From: Dudresnaya verticillata
Taxonomy: Eukaryota
Direction: 5' to 3'
DNA: 64,000 bases
Assembly (NCBI GenBank): GCA_977862235.1
Contig: OZ374562.1
Location: forward strand, 930,001-994,000
The notes beneath the pieces were generated by a model. It searched no databases. It saw nothing but the letters and a program-made list of their open reading frames with translations, and had not been told where the DNA came from. The translations under genes were made by a program, and so were the position numbers. Positions 48,508 to 58,815 of the stretch are shown here, one piece after another (position 1 is the stretch's first letter; each line of letters opens with the position of its first letter).

Positions 48508-51500
48508 ATGGATCAGCCGCATTGGAAAGCACAATATGGGCGTCGCAGAAGTCGCCAACATTCTCGGGTCGACTCTGTGGGAATGCGTGCCAATCTAACC
48601 CACCTATTCCAGTTCGAGAGCTCCAACGACGCATCGGCAATTGCAATTGATGAAGGACCAGCCGGTCCCAGCCCAAGCCGTTTACCCGGCTTCGAACCAG
48701 GGTCTCCTACCGTTCAGATTGCGAATGAAGACTCCGCATGCGCGCAAGACACCGCGTTCGTGAGTCCTTACCAGGAAAGCCTGGGCCCAGGCGAAGGGCC
48801 ATTCTCCACTGCGGTACAGCATAGACCTCTTCGAGCTTCGGACCCTCCCGGGAACCACGTGGCGGGAGAAAGGGGTGATGACGACTTCGGCATAGCCATA
48901 AAAGGGCCCCGCAGCGAAAGAAACGCATTTCTCCGAGACGAGGTGCTCCCGGGAGGCTCCTGTGAGGGGCCCCTTCCTGGAGCCGGGCAAGACAGTCCAG
49001 AATTCGATGAAGATGATGTGCCCCCCGAGTTGTTTGATTCTTTCGATGAGATCATCGACCTGGAAAATGGTTAATCTATGAGGAGGTGGGAGCAAGATAG
49101 GTTATGTGACCCTGTTGCACGAATCGAAGGGCCGCAGCCCTTCGCTTGCTTTGATTCGCGCAACAGGATGGACGCGTCGGGCCGGACTTCCGTTGGTTCT
49201 GCGGTGCCGGCGCCATTTTCTCGGCAGGATCTCGTGAAGTTTCTGCAGAAAAGAAGAACTCTGCTGAACTGGGAGGAGCTGTTCGCTCTGATTTGTGTTT
49301 GTGGAAGCGTCCGAATGACTGTGCGTCAGTATGAAACTTTGAAGAGACTGGGCAACTGGCTGGAGCGGCTTCAGAGTCGCGAGGCCTCGCTACCTGTGTA
49401 TTCTACCATCCAACGAACGATATTCCCGTTTTCAATCAAACATTGCTTCGTTGCGAGTTACAATGTTTCCCTTGCTGTTACGAAGCAAGATCTGAAGAAG
49501 AGGGGAAGTGGGATCTCTTTCACTGCCGTTGAAGAAGAGTATGGGCACATGAGAGGGCGGAATAAGAGAGTGAGAGCGGCCGCTCCCTGACCTCCTCAAC
49601 ACGCTGCAAGCCTTGAAGCAGACGAGACGGCACGACGATTTGCTCCTGTCAAGATCATATTCCCCTCGGAGTGGGCCAAGATGGATATAGCAACTTACCC
49701 TGTATTCAAAGATTTGTTTCCTAATTTCGACACCGGCAACCCCGGGGGCCCGGCGTCTGACTGCAGCTACGCCCAGAGTCCTGCTGACCCGAATCCGTCG
49801 AGATAACAAGAGTTGTGAGGCACCGCCGAAATGCTTTAAACGCTGCTGAGATGTTGTTCGTTTCAAAAGGGGAGAACATCGTTAGAGCGAACATAGGAAT
49901 AACGGTGGATGTTCATGTTCAGCGAGTTCCGAGGCGTGTTGTAACAAATCCGCGTTCAGCACGGTCCTGTGCCTTGAGGGCAAACCCCACCGGGGCCCCG
50001 GGTGTCATCTTGACTGGACAAATTGCTGCCTGCTGGTGTGTCGCTTCCAGAAGCTGCCAAACTGAAAGCTCAAAGCGAGCAGTTGAGGAGGAAAAAGGTG
50101 TTGAGAAGGACATCATCAACCTGTTAAGCGCTGGTACGAAAGTTGATTGTATCCACGGAGGCTGTAACGAAATCGCGGACGCTAACCAGACGATGACTAC
50201 AGACTTGCAAAGCACGGTCGTTCTTCCAGGGGACTTTTGCTCGCTTTTCAGTATTCCCGAGCGACGCCCAGAAGTCTTCGTGGTCTGTATGCTGGTCAGC
50301 CGGTTCTGGCGATATTGGGATGGGGAGCCTTCGCAGCTCTTAATATGGATAGATATGGACAACAGTTGGAGTTCAGGCGTTGATTTCTGCGGGGAGGGGT
50401 CGCTATTTCAAGTCCTGAAGGAAAGGACGCCAGTTAAGGAAGTTCACCTTGGCGTGTGTCGAGATGGAAGGGAGCGAGCACTCCGAAATGCCATTGATGA
50501 AGAAGACATGCCCATGGAATTCCTTTCTCGGCCGAGAAATATGGGGTTCCTTCATTCTGGAGAGAGATATGTCGAATATCGCCTTTTGTTGTACTGTGAC
50601 GACTTTCAACCCTGTACTTCTTTGCTCCCGCAAGGCTCTGCGGGTGGGTGCTACCTTCTCCCACTCGGTATTTCACCGCAAAGCCGTGCGAAGAGATCAG
50701 CTGTACGGCTTTTGGGACTGACGCCGCCCGGTGTGAGCACAAATGCGGTTCTGTGGGACATCGTACCAGACCTCGTGAAGGGATGTACTGAAGGCTTCAA
50801 AGGGAAGAGCCCAAACGGGGAGCATGTCAGGATCTTCCTTGACCCGGTCGGGTTCATTGCGGACTTCCCGGCGGCCGCCAAGTCTACAGATGCTGTTGGA
50901 CACACTGGCAAGGCCTCTTGTACCCACTGCAACTTTCTATGCGTATTCAGTGATGTTTCAGGTAAGTTCGGCTATACTGTGCGACTGCACTCCCAACATT
51001 ATTCAAGCGTTCGATGCAAAGAACGGCATAAGGCTTTGCGGGAGAGTGGAATTTGCGAGCACCAAGCACCATGTATGGGAATGTCGAAGGAGTATGACGA
51101 CAGTGGCATAAAATCGCTATTGTACTTGTCTGAGGAGTTGGAGAGAGTCCGGCCGGACGTGTCTCTTAACGCCAATGGAGAACGTGTCGTGCCGTGCACC
51201 TTCGACCCGTACCTATCACAGGTCGTTGCCCCAGATCACTTACTCACCGGCTTGATCAAGAATACTCTTACAACCTGCTTCCTGGTTTTATCTCCAAAGG
51301 GGAAAACCATTGCTGATATCATAATTTTCCAGGGACTTCGCGACAACGGGATGCTCACCCAGAATTCCGTCTTCGAGAGTATGTTACACTCCATGCCGCT
51401 TTCCGAACTGTACTGCGTTCTCACTGTGTCTATTTCTGCCTTTCGTATAACCATGGGAAAGGAGAGCGATGCTTACCGCTTGGCCAAGTGCCTGCAGGAA

Positions 51501-52771
51501 CTCATTGCAGGAACATTCTGGTGGCCTCTTGCACATGTGGACGGAGAAAAAGCTGTGGAGACGTTTCGAAAGTCGGGTGGCCACCCGTATCTGCGCCGCC
51601 TGCAGAATCTTGCGACGAAATATGTCAAGTTGTGCAACGAGTACATTGAGGCAAACGATCTTGGCGGCGATTTGGACAAGCCCAATCTACATCGCCTCAT
51701 GGAACTGTACTATCACACTATCCCAATGTTTGGGCATGCAAGACATGTCATGGAACTGGTATTCGAGTGTGCGCACTCACCTCTGAAACGATGTGTGACA
51801 AGAAGGAATCAGCACAATGCGCATATATCCGCCGTGGAGCATGTCCTCGGAAACGACTGGCAGGGCAGGCTTGCCCTCCTTAGACACACTTCGGAGCATG
51901 GAAAAAATCAAGAACGCATTATGGCGCGCAGAGGTCTCAGAAGGCTACTTCTCGGGCCCGAGATCTGCTCCGTTAAGGAAGAGGACCCCGAAGTCAGTAC
52001 CGTTATTCAGGACTTGGACGACAAGATAGAAGGGATGTTCGTGGAGCCGCTAATGGAAGAACTAAGGGCAGATGGAAAGGTGAATCCTTCCTGGTCGATA
52101 TCGGAAGCGGAGTGGACAGGGACGACAGTTGCCAAAGAGCTGAAAGGCGTAGAGCGAGCTACAACAGCTGGACATACGTGGGAAGATTTGCTTGAAGAGG
52201 CTGTGTCGGCAATCGAGGAGTACTACCTAGACTTCGACAGGCGAAATGGAGCTGCCGCCCCAGCCTTCATCATGCGCGGAGCGAAGCGAGTTAGAACGAC
52301 GACGGTTGCGGGCCCGCATCGGGCCTACAGGCACGATACAGTTGACCATGGGTCGGTATTAAGATGCCTTGTTTCGCCCGGGGATGAAAGCAGAAACGTC
52401 ATTGTACCAGAAAGTGATGGAAGTGGAAATGTGAAGCTGTTCGCAGTGTATGCTGCCTTCAGTTTGGAGGGAATGGAAGAAATGTGTCAGCTCGCGGGAC
52501 TTGGGCAATTGTTCTTCAGTGCTTGAAGACGGATGCGAGGCTGCAGGTGAGCGCGGCCGCGCTATGTGCGGATATTCAGGTGGTGAAATTGACAAGGGGC
52601 GTGAGGAGAGTCGCTGTGTACCACGTCTGCGTTTTTCAAGAGGACGGGTTGAATCTGGAATGCGAAGTCGATGAGGAACAAAGAACTATTAGGCACACGG
52701 AGTCAGTGTTGGATGGAGGGTTGTACTTTTTTCAGACGAAGGAGCAAGGGTACCCTCCGCGAATGGCGTAG
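48508..52771 (+). pseudogene. CACTA/CMC (Plavaka-like) DDE transposase with stops and frameshifts
   Basis: LLYCDDF, GSAGGCYLLPLG, IADFPAAAK, GHTGKASCTHC, APDHLLTG, KPNLHRL, FGHARHVMELVFECAH in the CMC order; 903-aa open core. Confidence 0.88.
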
Positions 52772-52889
52772 GCACAATCGCAAGCGTGCCAGCGCATGCT
52801 CCGGCCGGAAGCGTGGGCACCTGATAGTGCTATTGTCAAGGGCGCAGAAGGAGATTGACGCGTCGTGCGCGGCCGCGCGCGACGCGCCC

Positions 52890-52940
52890 GGGCGTGCGGC
52901 CGAACGCCGGCCGGCGCGCCCGGCGTTCGGCCGCACGCCC
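52890..52940. other. Perfect 21-bp GC-rich hairpin
   Basis: GGGCGTGCGGCCGAACGCCGG / CCGGCGTTCGGCCGCACGCCC with a 9-nt loop. Confidence 0.9.
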
Positions 52941-53401
52941 CGGCGAGTGCCGTTATAAGACCTACGAAACGGTCACTTGTTACAGTTGTGTAGGTTCATA
53001 GTCATGAAGTAAAGCATGTTTTCTGATGTGTACGAAGTGGCTGTGTCATTAAGTAATGTAGGCCAATGCATGCGTATAGATTCGATGGGCGCAAAATGTA
53101 AAGTGGAAATTGCGACGATACATGAAATATAATACTTGATGAAGTATAAAATCGCAGTAAGGCCGCAGGTGTTACAAAGCGCATGCGTAAATCTGCGGCG
53201 GTAATGAATCTGACTCAAAATTGTGACGCGCCAGAAATGAATTCCAATTATCGGGTATCATAATTTCTAATGCATTCCAAAATCACTTTGCAATTTCTGG
53301 CGCATGTTTTCAGACCCTGGCGCATCAAAATCCCATGGGCTAAATCCATTATTTTGCGATTTATTCTAATATGATCAAGCCGAATTCGCGTTCGTAGTGC
53401 A

Positions 53402-53995
53402 GTGCGCACACGATACGAAATCGCTGACACCTTCGTGGTTTTCCCGTTGTTTCCTGCTCGAACGGCTCCGAGGCCCACGACGCGCGTGCACCTCCATATG
53501 CATTGTTGGTGCACTCCGTAACCGTCACCATACGTGAGGCGACCGTTTGTTGGCACCGAGGCCGTTACGAATCATTCGAGTACCAACTGTCCCTCGTTTT
53601 GACGTGTATTCGTGCTCACGTAGTAGAAATTGGCTAGGCGTGGAACGACCTCCAAGGGTTTGCGGTAAGCGACTAGCGCCCGGACCTCGGAGTCTTCGGT
53701 AAACGCCTGTTTCTTCGAGTTCCGTGGCTTCGTGTTCGTGACCGCGGATACGGTCGAGCCTCGCTTTCGATGGCCCCGCGCACCTGGAGTCATCCCTGGT
53801 GATCGATCGCTTGAGGTATCCCTTCCGCGCACGAATAGGTTGACACCATGGTCCTTCGTGTTTGTCGCTCCGCTCTACCACGCTACCACCAATTTGCCTT
53901 TCTCCGTTAGGCTACAAGGCCACACGTTAGGCTCCGAGGCCATGCCCTGCAGTGTGAGACTTCCGCGTCTCTCGATGGACATTAATTATACCACA
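53402..53995 (+). repeat. Solo LTR of family L2, 3' piece
   Basis: Colinear reverse complement of 11688-12282; ends TATACCACA, followed by TSD GATGC (53996-54000). Confidence 0.92.
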
Positions 53996-54284
53996 GATGC
54001 AGGGTACGTAGTGTATAGGTAGTGTCGCTCTCGTACCATGTACGAAAGTTAGGCCAGCTGTCCGTTACGGAGTTCATGGGTTTTCAGTACACCGCACTTC
54101 TATTTAGGTTGTGAGGCCCCATCCTCCCTCTGCGTTTCTGCCGCTCTACCATTGGTACCCTATACTGGCTCTGTGGCTATGGCCCTGCGTCACTCCTATA
54201 GTATGCAAGAGACCCCAAGGCACTTTAGCACAGGGTGGAACTCCTCTCGCACCCGGAGTATCCCCGGTGCCGCTTGGTTCGCAA

Positions 54285-54433
54285 TTTGCCCTTCCACGTC
54301 CGCACGCGTTGACATCGTGGTCCTTGGCGCCGGTCTCGCAGCTTTACCACGCTACCACCCTATTAGTTTTCCCGTGTTTCGGGCTTAAAGCTGCCAGGGT
54401 TGCTCGCGTCTCCGTGGACTACGTTATACCACA
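54285..54433 (+). repeat. Diverged L2-related LTR 3' end; probable remnant of the G2 3' LTR
   Basis: TTGACA..GGTCCTT..TACCACGCTACCACC..CGTGGAC..TATACCACA parallels 53820-53995. Confidence 0.7.
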
Positions 54434-55379
54434 GGTAAACACTAGCGTAGGCTGCACAGAGAATATGATGTAGTTTGGCTTCAACGCGATTCTTGAAGAG
54501 CTGCGTGATTTTGGTTAGTATAGGTTTGTTTTTGGTGCTCTTTGCTCAGAAATTTCCGAGAGTGCGCGATCCGCAGAGCAAAAACTTCGTTTGCACATCT
54601 AAGGGACTGATCAAATCGCCGAGGCTACCCGGACTGTTTCGCACGATCAGACTCGTTTTTGATGAGATCAAGCGCACCTGTGCATTTATAAAGCCTAAAG
54701 CCTGCGCTTTATACATACTAGAGATTACTCGTGTTGCGACGGTCTTTGTGGAGCGTTTACAAATGCAGAGTCGTTTCGGACTTAAAATATACGACTTTGT
54801 TCAGGAGGACAAGGCTGGAGCATAGCCACAATTCCTTGCAGCCGATCATGCCCTCCGCCAAGTTGATGTTTAGCAACATCAATGACGTAGTCACCAGAGG
54901 TAGAAGGCCTGACAAAAACGGAGGTAGCTGTTTCACGCCGATTTTCATCCGTCATATGAGTGGTTGACGTGTCTCTCGCGAAGGAACTACTTTGTCTGGA
55001 AGTATTTAGAGAGCGAATGAAAAACTTAGATGAGACTAAGGGACAGTAAAAGTTTGGCTGCAGCGATTATATGCCTTCTAGCAAGCATCCCTTTAATCGC
55101 AAGATTTAGAGTAAGTCCCTTAATTGGACTTAATACGCACTGTTGCTATCGCGGCCGTCAACAAGCCTGCGCCAGTTACCAGAAACTGCGACACACTTCT
55201 TCTAGAGCGTCACTATTTGGCAGCAGTGGTACGTTCCGCATCATAAAGGTACAGTTCCAAATAGCATGCTCAAGTCTGCCCAACCCGTAACAACTCTTTT
55301 GGGTAGGTGCCTTATTTGGTTGTTGCTGCTTCACGACTCTCAGAAAGGTTCGCTACCCCTATTAAGGTCTTTTCACCAG

Positions 55380-55750
55380 TTTAGATGCATCGAGACACAA
55401 ATTGAATACAAGATCTTGACCACGCTCCTCGACTTACAAAACCGAGTGCCGCTCCCAACCCAACTCGCGCCCGCTGCTCTACTGGAACAAGCAGAGCCCC
55501 ACAATAGATCATACCCTGGGATCCATTCCGCCCTTGCAGACGGCACCCATGCTATTGACCATGCCCGGGTTCTAGTTATCGCAGCCCGCCTAAGTTCGGA
55601 CTTTCAACTTCTGGCCACCCGTCTCCACTCTACAATTACCCTTGCTGCTAGTGCGCCATTACACAGCCTCCCCAACAAGCATCGTGGGACAGGATTTGAA
55701 ACGGTAGATCATCGCCTGTGATCTCCGCCTCGGCAACCCGGGATTCACGT
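55380..55750 (+). mobile_element. Possible CRE-like non-LTR retrotransposon fragment (post-RT region)
   Basis: ATRLHSTITLAASAPLHSLP..F..LRLG resembles the ARL.S..A.AWL..P..F..RLG segment. Confidence 0.35.
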
Positions 55751-57065
55751 CAGCTAAACCGTGATTCTGAATGCCTGCAGGAAGTCGGGAGCGATGAACT
55801 TCGCGTGGAAATCTTCGTCGATGATCCCTCCTTCGCCCCTTGTGATGGTATACTTTTACTGGTTGTTTAAGGTGGTCACCCTTATGCCCAAGAATTTGAT
55901 GCCATGCCCTCACCTCGCTATCGACTAGTGACACAAGGAAAAACGTCCCCACTATCGCCAGCTCTGTGACAACAAAAACATCGGACTGTATCCAAATTGT
56001 TTGGATATCCATGGAGCAATCGGTACTGGTTTCGACCACTGAGCGCAGCACATCGCTACTTTTCTGACTATGTCGAAGGGAACGTCTTCGACAGCCAAAA
56101 AGATGAATACATTTCACTACTGACCTCTCTTGTTCTACTATGCGTAGCGGGCATGGTCAACTGAAGCAGGCTCGTTGACCTCATAGCACGTTACGGCAGA
56201 AATGAAGCCTCCTTAAGGGGCTCTACTTTTTCGTTGACTAAAGGGTTCTACATCCTATCTGAACTTGCCGTACTACAACAAACAAAGATCCCTTTTCTCT
56301 TCTGCGAAAGAAACGATGACACCGTGACACCAGAGAACGTGAAACAGGGTTGCTATTGCATCTACTTTATCCGGAACGGAACTTGTCGTGGCACCGTGCA
56401 CTCCTGCGAAAAAGGTCATATACTTACAATCAAAGAGCGAAAGCGTAATAACAGCGACCAACGAGTTATTGGAAGCATTTTGGTAGCTCAGTTACCGTGC
56501 CGGAGTGATCGCGAAGATGACTCATGCAGAGTGCTCGATAGAATGAAGGCGATACAGTGCTACCGGTCAGGGAGCTGCGGCTCAAATAAATGGTGCAGTT
56601 ATATCGCTTACGTTGGAACATGCTGTTTGTCTCTTGACGCTTCCGCTGGAGCAGACGTGGAAGCAGTGTCGGGTGGATCTACCCGTGCGCTTCACGCAAT
56701 TTTCGCAGCTCGCCGAGGTTGTTGTCAGTTAGGTGAACGGCGCAGGGCAGGCCACAAAGTCGAGAAACGTGCTTATTTTCTGGACGTAAATCCTTCCTGC
56801 AGGTGTGATTGAATGTGGTTGGCCCATAACCCTCCAGCAAGCCCCGTGCCACCGCGTCCGCATAAACATACTGTAAGCCAGAACGGTGTCGTTTCGGCGC
56901 TTCAGTCAAACGGTCGAGACCCGCCGTCGCCCCCGCTGCATATCAATAATGCTGCAGACCGCTCCGCTCCTGCAGCACATCTATCTCCCTTCCTTCTCCT
57001 ACCGGGCAGCCCCGTTGCCCCTCGCTGCCGTCCCACACCCGCTCTCCCGCTAACGTACTGGCGCG

Positions 57066-57434
57066 ATGGCTCGTAATCTGTCCAACTCGGAGAAGGACGT
57101 CGCCCAGCTCGCGCTTCGAGTGGCCACTGTTTCAAAGCCCCGTAGCCCTTCTACCAAGCTCGAATCCTCGCATTCATCTCTGGTGCGTCGGAGCTCGCGA
57201 GTGAGACATCGTAAGGAGCCACTCAACATGCGAGCAGAGTTGCTTCCCAAGCTAAAGAAGCCACAAGCCGGTGACTATGTCCACATCTACTGGCCAAAAG
57301 ATCAACGATTCTACCGTGGCATCCTCTTCTCCAAGTTTGCATTTGGTACCAACCAGTTTCTGCTCTTCTACGACGACGGCGAGAGGGACATTGTGGATCT
57401 TGATGAAGAGAATTGGCGCTTTGATGATGAGTGA
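57066..57434 (+). CDS. Small Tudor-domain protein
   Basis: GDYVHIYWPKDQRFYRG..FLLFYDDGERDIVDLDEENW matches the PDS5/MSH6-type Tudor consensus; intact ATG-to-TGA ORF. Confidence 0.8.
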   Translation: MARNLSNSEKDVAQLALRVATVSKPRSPSTKLESSHSSLVRRSSRVRHRKEPLNMRAELLPKLKKPQAGDYVHIYWPKDQRFYRGILFSKFAFGTNQFLLFYDDGERDIVDLDEENWRFDDE

Positions 57435-58109
57435 GTGCTCAAGTTGTTGTGTACGGCCGAACCGCATATCAGTACAATACCATAGTTGCTTCCTGGACTA
57501 GATTCTCGTGGAAAGGTTTGATCTGCATGAGTTGGATTGCATTATTCCCTACACTTCGAGACTTGTTCCTGCTGAGAAAATCGATTAAGGTGTACATATG
57601 GCTTTAGGAGCCGAGATCAAGTCAGACGCCTCCCTTTCTGCAAGGCCGGAAAGTGCAACGCATGCTTCCTTCAGAGCGTAACCCCCAATGTTTCACAATA
57701 TGTTCATGTCTTTACTGTCGTACATAAAGGCAAAATGGGTGTTTCTGACTTGAGCAGGACGTCAGGAGGTGGTCACAGCCCCATGAGTGCGGTGGGAGTT
57801 GCACTTACTAAGATTTTCCGGGCCTGTGCAACGGATACGAACAATACCGTAAGTGAGAGTGCATGTAGACGGTAGATTGCAAAACACAATGGGATCTTCC
57901 AGTGTTAATACATCAATTAATAAATTCCATATGCAACACCCCGTTGCAGCTGCAAGAAGGGACAGACAGAAGGGGAAACTCTATTGAGGAGGTAAAACGG
58001 GGCTCTACGAAGCTCTTGGGGTAGAAATCTGTACCGTGAATGGGACTATGAGTCAGGCCGGCTGCTCCTGGACAGAGCTCCAGTTTCTGGTTCCAAAGGG
58101 AGTTTGTGG

Positions 58110-58154
58110 ATTTTACGAAGTGCCTGTCTTTGGAGGTCAGCCGAGAAATATGAA

Positions 58155-58190
<36 letters not shown>

Positions 58191-58291
58191 GAGTTTTGTT
58201 GGGACCCTTCAAATGGTGAGGGAGGATATTATTAGAGTTCGTGTATTTTACGAAGCGCCAGTCTTTGGAGGTCAGCCGAGAAATATGAAAC
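58110..58291. repeat. ~46-bp direct repeat pair flanking a (GA)n microsatellite
   Basis: TTTTACGAAG.GCC.GTCTTTGGAGGTCAGCCGAGAAATATGAAAC occurs twice; (GA)n at ~58159-58185. Confidence 0.9.
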
Positions 58292-58324
58292 CGCACAAGA
58301 ATCATAGTCCGAGATAGTTATTGC

Positions 58325-58815
58325 CCTAGAATGTTCTAACCAGCGATGCTGGCGAGAATGCAGATGGCGTTGCGCTCAACAAGGACGGCGGCAAATGTGC
58401 GAGAAGCAACGATTGCGTGACGCACTGCGACTCTCATTGAATCGTGTAGCCCTCGAGTCAGCGATGCTTGTAAAGTACTTCCGGGCCTTCTTTAGTCATC
58501 CACCCGTGGTGTGTATGACAAGAGGCAGCAGCGTGTACTCAACGCCGAGGTTGGCGATGAGGGCTGCGTGATGAGTGACATTGGCAGTGGCCGCTAGATC
58601 AGGCATCTGAGCGGGAGAGACTGCCGTCGCGTTCACCCGTGCTGATGTCAGTAGATGTGGGATCTCCACCTCAATAAGGACGCGGTCGCCTTGGTCCCCC
58701 ATTACGGCAGTATCGGGATGCGTGCTGTGGTCACTGCCGATGTCTCGAGGCTCGACAGCTGGGTGTCGAGTGGCATCGACGAGTGTGACGGCTGCCTCCA
58801 GCACAACGGCGTCGG
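58325..58815 (-). mobile_element. Restriction-like endonuclease (RLE) fragment of a CRE/R2-type non-LTR retrotransposon
   Basis: VEPRD..HPDTAV..VLIEVEIPH..LLPLVIHTTGG matches the RLE EP..PD..D..P.V..T.G layout. Confidence 0.6.

Larger units (their letters stand above)
28237..53399 (+). mobile_element. Giant CACTA/CMC (En/Spm) DNA transposon, 25,163 bp, with cargo genes
   Basis: Left end CACTACGAAGGCGATTT; right end reverse complement CACTACGAACGCGAATT; 2-bp TSD CA, confirmed against the uninterrupted LTR copy (..GCATTACAGTGCGCAC..); CMC transposase at 48508-52771. Confidence 0.93.

Noticed and set aside
11688..53995. ~600-bp inverted repeats at 11.7-12.3 kb and 53.4-54.0 kb read as TIRs of a 42-kb element
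   Set aside because: They are two oppositely oriented copies of one LTR family. The right copy pairs with 28122-28236 through TSD GATGC, the left copy has its own PPT, and the outer flanks (AGAGC vs GATGC) do not match.
28122..53995. TGTGGTATA...TATACCACA with 5-bp TSD read as the ends of a Polinton/Ginger/Tn7-like giant element
   Set aside because: These are the ends of the split solo LTR, and the true CACTA ends lie inside. No pPolB, packaging ATPase or capsid motifs were seen.
56234..56812. 192-aa ORF with a faint hydrolase-like PFLFC..DDTV segment
   Set aside because: No catalytic motif and an atypical Cys-rich composition; insufficient support.
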